64,000 bases of DNA. Origin: Camelus dromedarius. Its lineage: Eukaryota. The stretch lies in the NCBI RefSeq assembly GCF_036321535.1, contig NC_087436.1, positions 4,960,001-5,024,000 of the forward strand, written 5' to 3'. The notes beneath the pieces are model-generated. The model made no database searches and was not told the DNA's origin. It saw only the letters and a list, made by a program, of their open reading frames with translations. Shown here one piece after another: positions 11,509-24,820 of the stretch; the stretch's first letter is position 1; every line of letters starts with the position of its first letter. The position numbers were made by a program, and so were the translations under genes.

Positions 11509-14500
11509 TTTTGTTGTTGTTGTTTTGTTGTTGTTTTTTTAACTTTTTAAATTGAGTAATAGTCATTCCACAACGTTATGTCAAATTCCAGTGTAGAGCA
11601 TAATCTTTCAGTTGTACATGAACATACATATATTCATTGTCACATTCTCTCTTTCACTATGAGCTACTGCAAGATCCTGTACACACTTCCCTGTGGTCCA
11701 CAGTACAATCCCGTTCATCCACTCTGCATTTTAAAATCCCAGTCTGTCCCCTCCCCCCCAACCCCCCCCCAGCAACCACAAGTCTGTACTCCATGTCTAT
11801 GAGTCTGCCTCTGTCTCACATTCATGTTTGTTTTGTTTTGTTTTGTTTCACTTTAGATTCCACATATGAGTGATCTCATATGGTATTTTTCTCTCTTTCT
11901 GGCTTACTTCACTTAGAGTGACATTCTCCAGCAACATCTATGTTGCTGCAAATGCCATTATGTTGTCGTTTTTGTGGCTGAATAGTATTCCACTGTATAA
12001 ATATACCACTTCTTCTTTAACCAGTCATCTGTTGATGGACATTTAGGCTGTTTCCATGTCTTGGCTATTGTAAATAGTGCTGCTATGAACACTGGGGTGC
12101 AGGTGTCATTTTGAGGTAGGGTTCCATCTGGGTATATGCCCAGGAGTGGGATTCCTGGGTCATATGGTAAATCTATTCCTAGTCTTTTGAGGAATCTCCA
12201 TACTGTTTTCCACAGTGGCTTTCCTCACTTCCATCTCCCACTCTTAATGATTTAGATGTCTTCTTTTACAATTTTGTGTTTATTCTTTTTGTAATTCATG
12301 GCAGTTATCTCCTTTCCAGTTATGAGTTTCTCATTTTTGTAGCATCCTGCTTCTTTTCTATTTAGAGTAGACCTGTCAATATTCCCTTTAGCATGGGTTT
12401 AGGGTTGCTAATCTCTTTTAGTTTTTGCTTGTCTGTGAAGTTCTTTATCTCTCCTTCTATTCTAAAGGATAGCCTTGCTGGATAGAATATCCTAGGCTGC
12501 ATCTTTTTTTTCACTCAGGACTTTGAATATATCTTGCCATTCCCTTCTGGCCTGTAGCGTTTGTGTACAGAAATCAGCTGAGAGCCTTATCAGGGTTCCT
12601 TGTAACTCACTCTATGTTTTTCTCTTGCTGCCTTTAGGATCATTTCTTTATCTTTGATTCTGGCCATCTTGATTATAATATGTCTTGGTGTGGGTCTGTT
12701 TGGGTTCTTCCTGTTTGGGACCCTCTGAGCCTCTTATACTTGGATATCTGTTTCCTTCTTTAGGTTTGGGATGTTTTCAGTCTTGATTTCTTCAAATACC
12801 TTTTCAATCCCCTTTGTTCTTTCTTCCCCTTCTGGAACCCCTATTATGCTTAGATTGGCACGCTTTATATTATCCCATAGGTCCCTTATATTGTTTTCGT
12901 TGTTTTTTATTTGTTTATCTTGCAGTTGTTCTGATTGGGTGCTTTCTGTTGTCCTGTCTTCTAGGTCACTTATTCGTTCCTCTGCATTATCTAGCCTGAT
13001 TTGCACAGCCTTTAGGTCAGATCTCATCTCAGCAAGTGAGTTTACTAATTCTACTTGTTCTTTATAGCTTCTATTTCATTTTTGACATATTTTATATCTC
13101 TAAACACTATCTCTTTTAGTTCCTTCAGTACTTTGATCACTCCTTTTTTGAAATCTTGATCTAGCAGGCCATCAACGTCTGTTTCCTTGATCGTGCTTTC
13201 AGGGGACTACTCTTGATCTTTTAACTGGGAATGGTTCCTCTGCTTCTTCATATTGCTCATATCTCTCTGGCACTGTGGCTTAAGGAGTATCAGTTATCTA
13301 GTGCTCCTGGAGACAGTGTGCACTTAGTGATTTTATTGCGAGGTCTTTGTGTCTTCGCCCTGTTTTGCGAACTCAGCTTGCTGTTTCCAGAGGCCTTCTG
13401 TCTGTGCCCTCTGTGCTGCTCCCAGTGGCTGTCAGCTAGCAGATCACGCCCCCTCCCAACACTGGGTCAGGTGCTGAGCTCTTATCTGGTGGATGGGCAG
13501 GTCACTCCCTCTCCTGATGCCACAGTCATATGCTGCCCTCTCCCAGCACCATGCTCAGGTGCTGCATTCTTGCCAGGAAGGCGGGTGGCCGCCTGCCCTC
13601 TCCTGGCACCAGTCGCTCCACTGCTCTGTGCAGCTGCCCACTCTGCCTCAGGTTGGCACTCTGAAGACAGGCTCAGGGAAGACCACGGAACAACCCTGCC
13701 CTGCTCTATGCCAAATCTCAGCTCCTTGTTTGTCTTGGCGACACGAGTTCTCTGAGGGACGAGGGCAGAAAGATCCTTCTGCCTCGGGCTGTAAACAAGT
13801 CTCAGTCCTGCCTAGGAGGTTGTGGAGCCCCCGGGTGCGGATTCAGGGCTCCACCCCATCCCTGCCCAGGCGCTGCGCACAGGATGATATGGTGGCTGTG
13901 GCTGTGCCCCAACTCTCCTCTCACAAGAAGCTCCAGTAATGGCAATGCAGGTCTGAGGAGACAAAGGCTATGACGCCCCTGCCCCTAGGGCACACCAGCC
14001 GTGTTGCTTTGCTTTTTTTTTTGCAATTTATGGGGACCGAGGTTATTCTGCTCCCCTCCTAGTCACATTGCACAGCACCCTGCAGTCCCCCAGGGCTGCC
14101 TCAGTGCAGCCACCCCTGTCTTCCACCCAGCTCGGGTGGCCAGTCCCAGCCCCCAGCTGCCAGCTCGCTTCTTGGGCTGGGTGTTTCGGGGACCCTTTGT
14201 GCCTGTTTAAGTCAGTTCTGTCAGTCAAGGGGTGCTCGGGGCAGATCTGAGCCTCAGAGGCTCCCCCTTTGTCCCACTGGCCTCTGCATTGGAGAGGGGA
14301 GACCCAGCGAACGAGCGCCAGTCCTCCTCCCTTAGGATCAGTCCCACACTGTTTTCCTTTTTCTTCTTTCTTTTTTCCTTTTCTTCTACCAATTTTTGGC
14401 ATCTTTGTCTTTCGAAGAGAGCGATGTTCTGTAGGAGTTTGGCAGGTGCTCTGGTTGGCTGAGTGGGTCCGTAGATGTGAGTTTTGGTGTATTTGTGGGA

Positions 14501-14547
14501 GAGGGTGAGCTACGAGCATCCTTCTACTCCGCCATCTTGCTTCTCTC
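11509..14547 (-). mobile_element. Young-lineage L1 with 5'UTR, ORF1, spacer and 3' end but lacking nearly all of ORF2
   Basis: 5' end gagagaagcaagatggcggag; ORF1 homology (RLDNAEERISDLEDR...IIGVPEGEE); spacer joins the ORF2 tail at 12218-12221; A-rich tail; perfect TSD ATGAAATCTT at 11499-11508 and 14548-14557. Confidence 0.95.
12362..13260 (-). pseudogene. Disrupted L1 ORF1p
   Basis: MSNMKKQRNHSQLKDQE*...MRSDLKAVQIRLDNAEERISDLEDR...RPTPRHIIIKM...YPARLSFRIEGEIKNF...GLL*; contains in-frame stops and frameshifts. Confidence 0.9.
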
Positions 14548-14689
14548 ATGAAATCTTAAAATGTGCATTGTTATGACTTTTTTCCAGCTTTATTAAGGTA
14601 TAACTGACAAAAAATTATAAGATATTTGAAGTATACATTGTAATCACATTTGATACATACATCAAAGCACTCATGTTTTTGCAGTTCAT

Positions 14690-15330
14690 TCATATTTTAA
14701 TTTTGAGTCACTTCCAATGGATTGATTATTCTCTTCATTATTGATCACATTTTTCTGGTTCTTTGCATGTCTTGTAATTTTTTTACTGAATGCCAGATAT
14801 TGTGATATTTACCTTGTTGGATGCTGGATATTCCTTTAAATAGTTGAGCTTTGCTCTGGGACAATGTTAATTTACATGGAAGTAGTTTATTTCAGGCCTT
14901 GCTTTTAAGTCTTGTTAGATAGCAATTTAACAGTTATTATTTTTCCCATCACTGAATTAACACAACAAGCTTCTGAGTATTCTTCTAGTGCTACTTCAGT
15001 GTTTCCTACTGTGACTGCTTGGAACATAAACTGTAGTTGACCCTGGATGAGCCCTGGGAATTGTTCTTCTGTTCCTTTCAGGTGCTTCTTTCCTCAGGCT
15101 CAGGTAGGTTTCCCACACATATATGCATATCAGTAACAAACAAAAAAATCCAGGAGGAGGGCCTCTATAGTTCTCTGGAGTTGCTCAGTATGTAGCTCTC
15201 TCCTCCCTAGAGTTTGTTCTTGTGAGCCCTGGCCTCACTGGGGTCCAGCCTTAAAGCTTTGTCTCCCCACCCCACAGAAGCCATCTGCCTCTGCCTGGGT
15301 TCATCTCCACAGTGTGGTCTTGACATACAC
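14690..15330 (-). mobile_element. Ancient L1M 5'/ORF1-proximal fragment
   Basis: cacatttttctggttctttgcatgtcttgtaattttttactgaatgccagatattgtga, a motif typical of old L1 5' regions. Confidence 0.6.
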
Positions 15331-15429
15331 CCTATGTCTTATAAAAACTGACTCAAACAATCAAAAACCTATTTGTTTAAATTGTTAAATAATTGTTCAT
15401 TGTTTCTTACATAAAACCTATGTAAGAAA

Positions 15430-16980
15430 ACACAGCAGAAAAGCTGGATGACTTTAGTTTGATGGTGAGTTTTTAAAAGGACCTCAAAAGCATGATCCAT
15501 AAAGAAAAAAAAATGAAAGCATTGACTGATTGGATTTCATAAAAATAAAAAGTGTATTTGCTCTTCGTGCAGGACACTATTACAAAAATCAAAGGAAGCC
15601 ACAGAATAGTAGAAAATATATGCAAATCATATATCAGATGTAGAACATGTATCCAGAATACATTAAAACAACACTCAATACACAGAAATAAGACAATAAG
15701 AAACTCAATTAACAGAAGTCAAAAGATATGAACAGAAACGTCCCCAAAGACAATATATGAAAGGCAAATGTTCATGAAATTAATGATGTACATTATTAGT
15801 CATTATAAAATGCAAATTAAAACCACAGTGAGATAACACTTCATACATATTAAAATGGCTAAAAAACAACTACAAATAAAAGAACAATACCAAATTCTAG
15901 GGAGAATGAAGAACAAAAGGAAACTTCATTAATTTGGGGTGGAAATACAAAATGAGACAGCCACTCAGGTTTTTGTAAAGTAACATATATGCTTACCATA
16001 TAGTCCAGGAAGCTCACACTCAACTATTCACCAAGTGAATTAAAGATACATAAAACTAAAAATATATGTTCATGCAAAACCTGTACATAAATGTTTATGG
16101 CAGCTTGATTCATAATTACCAAAAATTGAAGCCATCAAGAGGTACACCAATAGATGAACAGATAAACAGACTGTGGTGTATCTGTGCAATGGAATATACT
16201 CAGCCATGAAAAAGTAAGCTAGTGAGTCACACAATAATACAGATTATTATTAACTGCATTTTTACCAAGGGGAAGAAATCATACACAGAAACTACATATT
16301 GTATGAGCTCTTTAAATGACATTCTGGAAAACACAAGCTATAAGGATGGAGGACAGGTCTGTGTCTGTTGGATTTGACAACAAATGGAGTCACACAAGCA
16401 ATTTTTAGGGTGATAACACGGTTCTCTTTAGGCGGGGAGGGTATAGCTCAGTGGTAGAGTGCATGCTTAGCATACACAAGGTCCTGGATCAGTCTCCAGT
16501 ACCTCCATTAAATAAATAAACCAAATTATCTCCCCCCTCAAAAAAAAAAAAAAGCTGTTCTCTTTATACTGTTGGGGAATGGCTGACTTTGTCAAAACCC
16601 TTAGAATTATATAACAAAAAGGTTAAACTTTATTGTGTGAAAATTTAGCAGTAATCAGGTAGAATGTTGGGGGACCCCTGGATGGGATGGAGATTTCTGA
16701 CAAACAAACATGACTGTATTCCTAACTTTTGGCATCATCTCACTAAAGGGAGTTGGGATAAAAGACTCTGACCCAGGGTCACTGTGAGGACTGGGTGCTC
16801 TAAGGCTGAAGCACCAAAGGAACAGTATGTAAACAATAATTCTGTTTGGTAAATTTATTTCTCACTGTATTATGAGTTAACCATTCTGAAACCACTTTAC
16901 ATACATCTGGGGTCAAGCAATTCTTAAATAAATTGTCGGGAGTGAGAACCATGTTTCTAACAAGAAGTTACAAGTAAGAA
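15430..16980 (+). mobile_element. L1MC/MD-type ORF2 end and 3'UTR
   Basis: aaatgcaaattaaaaccacagtgagata; aaatgtttatggcagcttgattcataat; long 3'UTR; interrupted by a SINE. Confidence 0.85.
16431..16550 (+). mobile_element. tRNA-derived SINE (vic-1-like)
   Basis: ggggagggtatagctcagtggtagagtgcatgcttagc...; poly-A; TSD aacacggttctcttta / aaagctgttctcttta. Confidence 0.95.
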
Positions 16981-17799
16981 TGCATATGTGTTCATCCTTA
17001 CCTACAGGCACAGTTCATGCTGTTAATCCTCCAGGTCAACCTGTACAAAGAAACAAATGATTGGTGTAAGAATTAAATGTAATATAAGCAGACACAAAGC
17101 AATTGCATTTCCTAAAAAGATGATTATGGCAAAGTAAAACCAGCAGAGACATAGAGTTCAAGGGCTTTTACTAGCTAAGTTAAATATGTATGTATGTCAT
17201 GTTGACCCACATCAACATGGAACACTCTTGAAATCTACATCTTTAGTCCAGTGATGTTGAAAAATGATAACTGTCTTTCTGTCTTCAAAGCCTTCCAAAT
17301 ATTGCATTGAAATTTCCCAGTTGTCATTCAGGTTTTCAAAAACACTAACAGACAAAAGACCACTCCATAAAAATGCCTCGGGAAGGTTGGATTGGTCCCA
17401 TGTGACTGAGCCATCAGAAGACATAATTCATGGTCATCAAAGCAACCCACAGCCTGCTGCTCCTCCCGCTTCTACTCTTAGATTTTGAGTGATTGGAGAA
17501 TCTAAATTCAGAGGTAAAATGATATTTTGAATGCTCCACACAAGCCAGGGTTTAAAATTTTTATTCCACATTACCAAATTTCCTGGGTTTTGTCCTGGAT
17601 TTGATTGCTCATTTCTGCCAGGTTCAACATTAGGAGACAGAAATCCTGAAATCATCTTTCCAACCAGTTCCCCCTCCCCGTCTCCTACACCTGCTTCCAA
17701 AACTTTCCAAGAAATATATAGGAAATTAACAGAATTTGGGGGGCTGGAGAAAATGACAGTATTGCTAGATTGATTTATTAGTAAATGAACATGGTGTAG

Positions 17800-18300
17800 A
17801 GAAAGACACTTACACAAGGATGTTTTTATAGTTTGAAATAACAACAAATCTAAAATCTATGCATTCACCGGTGATAAAGTGAAATTGTGTATTTCACAAT
17901 ATTTCTGCTGTGAAATATTATATAGCAGTGAAAATAAACAAACCACAGCTACATGTTTCTAGGGATACACCTCAAAAATGTGATGGTAGAAAAATAAATG
18001 TTGTGGAAGGATACCTACAGCATGACAAATTTTTTAATGACGCTTAAAACCATGGAGATCAAAAGTACATGCCAGTGAAGGGTACTGCATGCAGAGTAAA
18101 GTCATGCTTATATAAATAAGGATGAAATAACCCAAATTCACAATTGTGGATATAGGACAGCAATGCGATGCAGTTGGGAAGAGGTACACACAATATGTTT
18201 GCTCCGTTTATACTTTTTATTTCTTTGGTTAGGTTGGATATATCACTGTTTGTTATGTTACTCTTCATTTGTATGTACTGAAATTTATTTTTTTTTTAAA
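17800..18300 (+). mobile_element. L1ME-type 3' fragment
   Basis: gaaatattatatagcagtgaaaataaacaaaccacagctacatg and following degenerate 3'UTR. Confidence 0.65.
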
Positions 18301-18878
18301 ATAGAAAATATTTAGATAAGTTAAATGGCTGAGAGTTGGCAAACACACCGGGATGTGTCATGAACCTTCTGGGTCTTGGCTAATGATGGAAGTGGACAAA
18401 TGAAGGTTTCCTGGTGTGACAAGTGAATGTGAGCATCTCCAAGCCCAGCCAATATGATGTTTCTACTTTAGTGTTCTTTGAAATAAAATGATTGCCTCCC
18501 TATGTTCCTGCTTTATTGAATTACCCACTGCGTTGGTGAGTCAGCCTCATATACACCAAAAACTATAAAGTAATATATAACATTGTATGCTTTTCACTCA
18601 TGAAAAATAAATGCATTAGCTTCTTGAAGTCACAAAGCTTCACGATCCTTGCAGCACTAAGTTCCCACACCTTGAGGGCGAATTCCTCCTCGTCAGGGTT
18701 CCTGATGAAGCTAAGACACCAATAATGATATTCACACTTTTTCCCCAAAGAAAGAAGAAGAAATGATTTAAGGACATTTTCTGGAGTGTGCAAATGGCAT
18801 TTCCATTTATATCTGTGAGGAAATTTTTGTCACTTGACCACCTACATAGACCTTCAAAGGAGCCTGGAAATTATGCTT

Positions 18879-19252
18879 CTTTTTTTTTTTAAATTGAAGT
18901 AGAGTTGATTTACAATACTGTGTTAGTTTCAGGCATACAGCATAGTGATTTGGTTTGCTGGGTATTTTCCTTACAGATTATATTTCATTATGGGTTATTA
19001 CAAGATACTGGGTATAATTCCCCATGCTACACAGTAAGTTCTTATTGCTTATCTATTTTGTGTTAGTCATTTGTGTCTGTTAATCCCATATGCCTAATTT
19101 GCACCCCCACCCCCGCCTTTAGTAACCATAGATTTGTTTTCTATGCCTGTGTATCTCATTCTGATTTGTATTTAGATTCATTTATTTTTTAGTTTCCACA
19201 TATAAGTGATGTCATACAGTATTTGTCAGAGAGTATTTGTCTTTCTGTGTCT
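18879..19252 (-). mobile_element. 5'-truncated L1 3'UTR
   Basis: T-run, aattgaagtagagttgatttacaatactgtgttagtttcagg...tttccacatataagtgat. Confidence 0.85.
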
Positions 19253-19299
19253 TAAACTGGGCATGAGACTTGTATTTGAGATTCAGATTCTAAAGGTGA

Positions 19300-19840
19300 G
19301 GTGACAGAAAGTTGCAGCCTTAAACACACCCAGCAAAGAGCATTCCTCACACCCATGTGTTCTGGGTACATGTGGCTGCGTACTGAAGCATTCCAAAGCA
19401 ATGATCCTCTCTGTGTTCAGGATCCATGGGTCAGGACTTCAGGCAGGACTCAGCCGAGTGATGCTTCTCCCGGGGTTGACTGGGGTCGCGTGGTGGCATT
19501 CAGCTGGCAGCAGCCAGCCCCTGGTCTGAGAAGGCTTTGTCCACGTGCCCAAGACTCTGGTGGGTGCAATATGAAGGTCGGCTGAGTGGGTGCACTGTCC
19601 CTCTACACGTATTCTCAGGGCTTCTTCGCACAGTCTCCCCGTGTGTAGCTGCTCTCCTACCTGGTGGCTTAGACTCCCAGAGTGGGTGATCCAGGCACAA
19701 GGGGAAGCTGTTGGGCTCTTAGGAATCAGGCTTTGAAACTGGCATGGCAAGTCTTCAAATGCAAGAGAGGAGACACGGGATACAGACGCCCCGTCCTGCT
19801 GGAGGGATGGCCAGACAGCACGTGGCCATCCTAAACCCGC
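19300..19840 (-). mobile_element. MaLR LTR (MLT1-type)
   Basis: catgggtcaggacttcaggcaggactcagc...gttgactggggtc...ggcattcagctggcag motifs. Confidence 0.65.
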
Positions 19841-20631
19841 CCTCCTGGGGGAAGCTCGGCAGGGTCCTTGTGCTCACTCTTATAAAATCTGAATCACATT
19901 GCTCACACTGTAAAAATAAGTAAATGAATTTTTAAAAGCAGGTTGAAGAAATACCCTGGAGAGTTTTCCTAAATACTGATGACTTATAAAGAGCTAAGTT
20001 ATTGGTTGAATCTACTTTGTAGGATTTTTCACAGTTTAAATTTTAGATTCTGGAAATAATTACCAATGTTTAAAAATACAGTGTTCTTTTGAGTACAGAT
20101 GGTCTGTTATCTTCCTCTTGAATTAGTCTGAGTGAAAAAATCTAGGGTCACACCTTCCATAATAAAGTGTGGATACCAAGCAACTGGATGTTTGGGGGGG
20201 GCGTGTGTTTCCGTGTGTTCTAGTTTAGGAAGAGGTTAAAAGGACAGGTAAGTGGTCTCACGTCAGTGTGCTGTTAATTATAAGGAATTTTATATTTTCT
20301 TTCCTTGTGGGGTGGAAATGAAAATTTAAACTTCTAATTTGGTGTTAGATGCAGAAAACAAAATAACCTCAAAATAAACATAGAAGGCTGACCTAGTGTC
20401 ATCCAAGACCATAACGGCTCCAGAGACACCCCATAAACCATATAATCTTCTTTAGTTAAATACACACCAAAAGAGTCCATTCTTTGCTGACTGGACAAGT
20501 CTTTTATTACTTTGTAACTAATAAAATAAGAAAGAGGCCATTTCTGAAAGTTTTATTTGGAGATCCTGAATTTATCTTTAAACATTCGAATTCTTAATTG
20601 GAGATCCCATGTGTTCTCTATTATTCCACTC

Positions 20632-21385
20632 TTTAATTTTACTTTGAAATAACTTCAGACTTTCAAAAGGGTTAAAATATTACAAATATTGTCCATATAT
20701 CCTTTACCCAGCTTCCCCAAAGACTAATGCCTTATAAGGTCATAGTACAGTCATCATTACCCAGGAAATTAATAGTAACAAGACATCACTAACTAATCTA
20801 CAGACCTTATTCAAGTTTCACCGTTTGTTCTATGATTGTCCCTTCTCTGGTCCAGGATCCCATCAGGACACATGCTGGGTTTAGTCATCAGCTGTCCTCA
20901 GTGTCCTCCAACCTGTGACTGTCCCCAGCCCTCCTGTCCTTCATGAACTTGACACTTTGGAAAAGAGAGGCCAGTTATTTTGTCTATTTCCCCTCATTTG
21001 GGTTTGTATGATATTTCCTCAACTTTATGTTAAAATTGATTTTTTTTTTTTTGCAAAAATACCAGAGAAGTGGTTCTGTGCTCTCCTCAGTGCCTTATAT
21101 TGAGGGATATGTGACATCCATGTGTCTCATTATCGGTGGTGTTAAATAAAAACTTGACTAAGGTGGTATCCAGCAGGTTTCTCCACTATAAAATTATACT
21201 TTTTCTATTTATAATTATAAAGTATTTTACGGGGAGACACAAACACATGCAAATATTCTTTTTTTCATTATACTTTTGCCCACAAATTTTAGCATCCATT
21301 TATGTTTTTTTCCTGCAGAAGTTATTACAGTGGTATATGCCCCCAAATGATTTTCTGTTTCCATTATTTTTGTACATGTACACTG
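20632..21385 (-). mobile_element. L1MC4-like 3' fragment
   Basis: ttgaaataacttcagact...cctttacccagcttcccca...ctaatctacagaccttattcaagtttcacc...ccagcaggtttctccactataaa. Confidence 0.8.
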
Positions 21386-22742
21386 GAAATACTACTAATT
21401 ACTTAAATTAATTCCATATTTTATTTTCCACTCTACTGTGGCTTTGTGATAACAATGATTAACATTGATAACCATGATGAAACTTGAAAATAATTTTGAG
21501 TTTTAGGTTTTGTTTCCCCTCTGTTTTGGGGTAGCTATTATTAGCCTTACTTTGATTTATTTGCTATTAAGTCCATTTTCTAGGGACGTAGTAAGGCTGT
21601 TCCATTTTCTGTTTACCTATCTTTTCCTCTTTGCCTCTCAAACTTTTAATTTTTTTAAACTATATTACCTTTTTATTTTCCACTTTTTTCCTTTTTCTGT
21701 ATCATCTCTTTCATGCAGAAGATATTAACCATAATGTCAAGGCTTTGGATGAGATAGCATTTGAAGAGAAATAAATTAATTAACAGAAGAGAAGAAAACA
21801 ATATTTTATTTTGGTTTTATTTTTTTTTGAGCCAGAAAATGGATGCATTAATGAGATGAGAGAAAGCAGCTTGGCATGACCAGAATGATCAATAACTACC
21901 ACAGCCCCTAGAAAACAGGTCGGAGGCAAAATTCAAACAAACCAAGGGGCCAGTAGGAATGTCATTAAGTACCCAAGTTCAAAACAGAATAACTGGTCCC
22001 TGGAGGATTTTTAAAACAGAAGAATTTTAACTGAATCTTGAAATGTTTCTGACATTCTTTGAACAAGAAGAGAAGTAGCCCTCGGGCCACAGAAGGAATG
22101 TTTTGGGGAGACTGGGAGGCGTCCGTCCAGAATCCCACTACCAAGAGCAGAGTGAGGCTGGGGTGCTTGTGAAGACAAGAAGCTGGCTTGACTGAGACTC
22201 AAAGGATGGTGGTGGAAGAATGGTTTTAATTTAAAGAGAAAAAAGACCTGTAAAGTACATTAATTTTCATCTGAAGAAGAGTTAAGGACATGTATCACAT
22301 GACGGTATCACCAGTCAAGCTCATCTCAAGGGAGAAAACAAACCATTTTGAGGAAGCAGTCCTTCTGTGTCATCATTTTATCATGGGTAGATGGTAGGGA
22401 TGATTTATTTTATAATCTTTCTGATAAAGCCAAACAGCCTGTAAGCCGAGTCATAGCTGAACCTTGGCCCCATCCTTCACCTCGACATACTTCTGGTCAT
22501 CCATCTTCACAGTCTAAAATGCAAGTGACTGGCACATGAAAGGGTTCCCATCTGCAAAGGTTTCCTGGCTCTCAGGATAAACTTCAGCCCACATAGAGAT
22601 GGTGGCTGCAGGAAGTCTCAGCTGATGACATCTCCTGCTCCAGTGCGTTCAAACCATGCAGCTCTTTGTGGACCAGTGGGTGGGAGAGACCAGCCAACTC
22701 TGGGAGGAAGAAAGTGGGCTTTGGGTCTTGTTCTCAATCATG

Positions 22743-22822
22743 TTTATTTTATTTTATTTTATTTTATTTTATTTTATTTTATTTTATTTTATTTTATTTT
22801 ATTTTATTTTAATTTTATTTTT
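22743..22822. repeat. (TTTTA)n microsatellite
   Basis: Directly visible. Confidence 0.95.
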
Positions 22823-23199
22823 CATGTAGATTTTACAACCAGTTTTCCAGAACACTGTATCCCACTTCCTAAATATTTCATCCTGCACTAGTTTAACAAA
22901 AATTCCCACATTGTTCCTCCTTGAACATGTTGAGATGTCTTATCCAGAGAGAAGAGTTCTGTGATGAACAGAGTACTTGTGAGCCCAGAGCAAGCCAATT
23001 TACATCCCTGAAAAGACCAAATTTGTGACTTTGGGCATTCAGTCTGACAATAGTTAATGTGAAAGTATTCACTGCTTGCAGCTACTTTTCTGAGCATTTA
23101 TTTTTTCTGTGCAAATGATCTCATGAATTCTTTAAAAAAAAACTTCATAATGTAGGCATAATTGTGATTCCATTTTCACAAGAAATAAAAGTGAGGAAG

Positions 23200-23416
23200 G
23201 AGAGAGTTTGGGATTAACCAATACGAATACTATGTACAGAACAGATTAAAAAAACAAGGTCCTACTGCACAGCACAAGGAGCTATATTAAGTGGCTTGTA
23301 ACCTAGAATGAAAAAAAATGAAAAAGAATATGTAAGTATATGTATCACTGAATCACTATGCTGTACACCTGGAACTAATGCAACATTGTAAATTGACTAT
23401 ACGTCAATTTAAAAAA
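23200..23416 (+). mobile_element. L1 3' end inserted in a MIR remnant
   Basis: aacaaggtcctactgcacagcacaagg...gaatcactatgctgtacacctgg...tcaatttaaaaaa; MIR-like flanks at about 23120-23520. Confidence 0.85.
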
Positions 23417-23535
23417 TGGGGAGAAAAAGACTGAAGCACCAAAGTTAAGCACCTTATCCCTGGTCATAGGGTGAGTCAGTATGGAAGCCAGGATATGGAC
23501 CCAGAGGTATAACATAATCTAATTACCCCAATTTT

Positions 23536-23785
23536 ATTTTTTGTTTGTTTGTTTGTTTATTGTTGAAGTGTAGTTGATTTACAGTGTTAGTTTCAGGTGT
23601 ACAGCAGAGTGATTCAGTTACACATATACATACATATATATTTTCTTTTCAAATTATTTTCCACTGTATGTTACTATCAGAAATTGAATATAGTTCCCTG
23701 TGCTATACAGTAGGTCCTTGTTGTTTATCTCTTTTAGGTGAAGTAATGTGTGTCTGTTAATCCCCAACCCAATTTCCTTTTGATA
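23536..23785 (-). mobile_element. L1 3' end
   Basis: ttgaagtgtagttgatttacagtgttagtttcaggtgtacagc...ccctgtgctatacagtaggtccttg. Confidence 0.85.
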
Positions 23786-24499
23786 TACCTAATTTTTCAT
23801 TTATAAGTTATGTGTATTTCTCTACCACCAATGAGCACCATTTATGGAAGAGGAACACATGTACTCACATATTCACTTTCCCTCAATATTTTGCAACTTG
23901 ATGAATGTATATTCATGAAAAGTACCTTTGTACTTCACCTAATATTGTTTTTGAGTGGAAAAAGTAAGATAGTATTTGATAAGCAGCTGAAGCCGAGGAA
24001 ATCTGGAAGGGGCTGAGTCTGAGTGGGGAGGGAGGGTGGGAGACAGGGGTGGCGGGTGACCCACACCACCAGGAGGGAGCCTGGCGGTGGTGACAGGACA
24101 CAGTTGGAGGAGGGGACAACTACAGTGGCAGTGAGCTGATTATAAACTGTTCTATTTACAAGGTTTCTTCACTCTTGGCTCATGACTTACTCTGCAGTGG
24201 TGTATTATTTTAAAATATATATATTTTATAATTGTATCACTGCTACGTGCTCATGAAAAAGATGACACTTGTGAAATCACTCATAGACACACCCACAAAG
24301 TGTGCCAACTACCACTTCATCACAGAATTCACCTCTGTTAACAGTTTTGCCAACAGGCAGTGAAAACAGTTAATATTCTGACTGTGGTCTGGAACCCAGG
24401 GAATTCTCTGGGACACCAAATCATAGTTGCAAATCTTGTGCTGAAAGCTAATGGCAAAATACAGACAGCCGAAGAAGCAAGACCAAAGACACAGGAATT

Positions 24500-24820
24500 C
24501 AAGGACTGAATAGTCTTACACCAATGATACATTTCCTAACTTGATCATCATACCAATGTTAGGTAAGAACATTGGCCTTGTTCTTACAAAATATCTGTGA
24601 GATCATTTAGTGATAAAAGGGTATAAAGTTCCAAGTTAACTCCTGAATGGGTCAAGAAAAGTAACATGCATACACATAAATATAGAGAGAGATGATGGAA
24701 AAGTAAATGGAACAAAAAGATCAGGAACTGGTAAATCTGAGTGAAGACACACAGGAGTTTGTTTGTACTGTTCTTGCAACTTTTCTATAAATTTGAATTC
24801 TACCAAAATAAAAAGGTTTG
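24500..24820 (+). mobile_element. Old L1 (ME/MC) 3' terminal fragment
   Basis: ggtaaatctgagtgaag...tttgtactgttcttgcaacttttctataaatttgaa...aaaataaaa. Confidence 0.65.

Noticed and set aside
16431..16505. tRNA-like sequences (also at 289, 37059, 45625 and 57261) as tRNA genes
   Set aside because: All carry a shared non-tRNA tail and poly-A, most have clear TSDs, and they are mutated: SINEs.
17212..17847. Minus-strand ORFs with an 'SDGS' motif as RNase H/pol or an exon
   Set aside because: Only a 3-4 residue resemblance; no other catalytic motifs or convincing splice sites.
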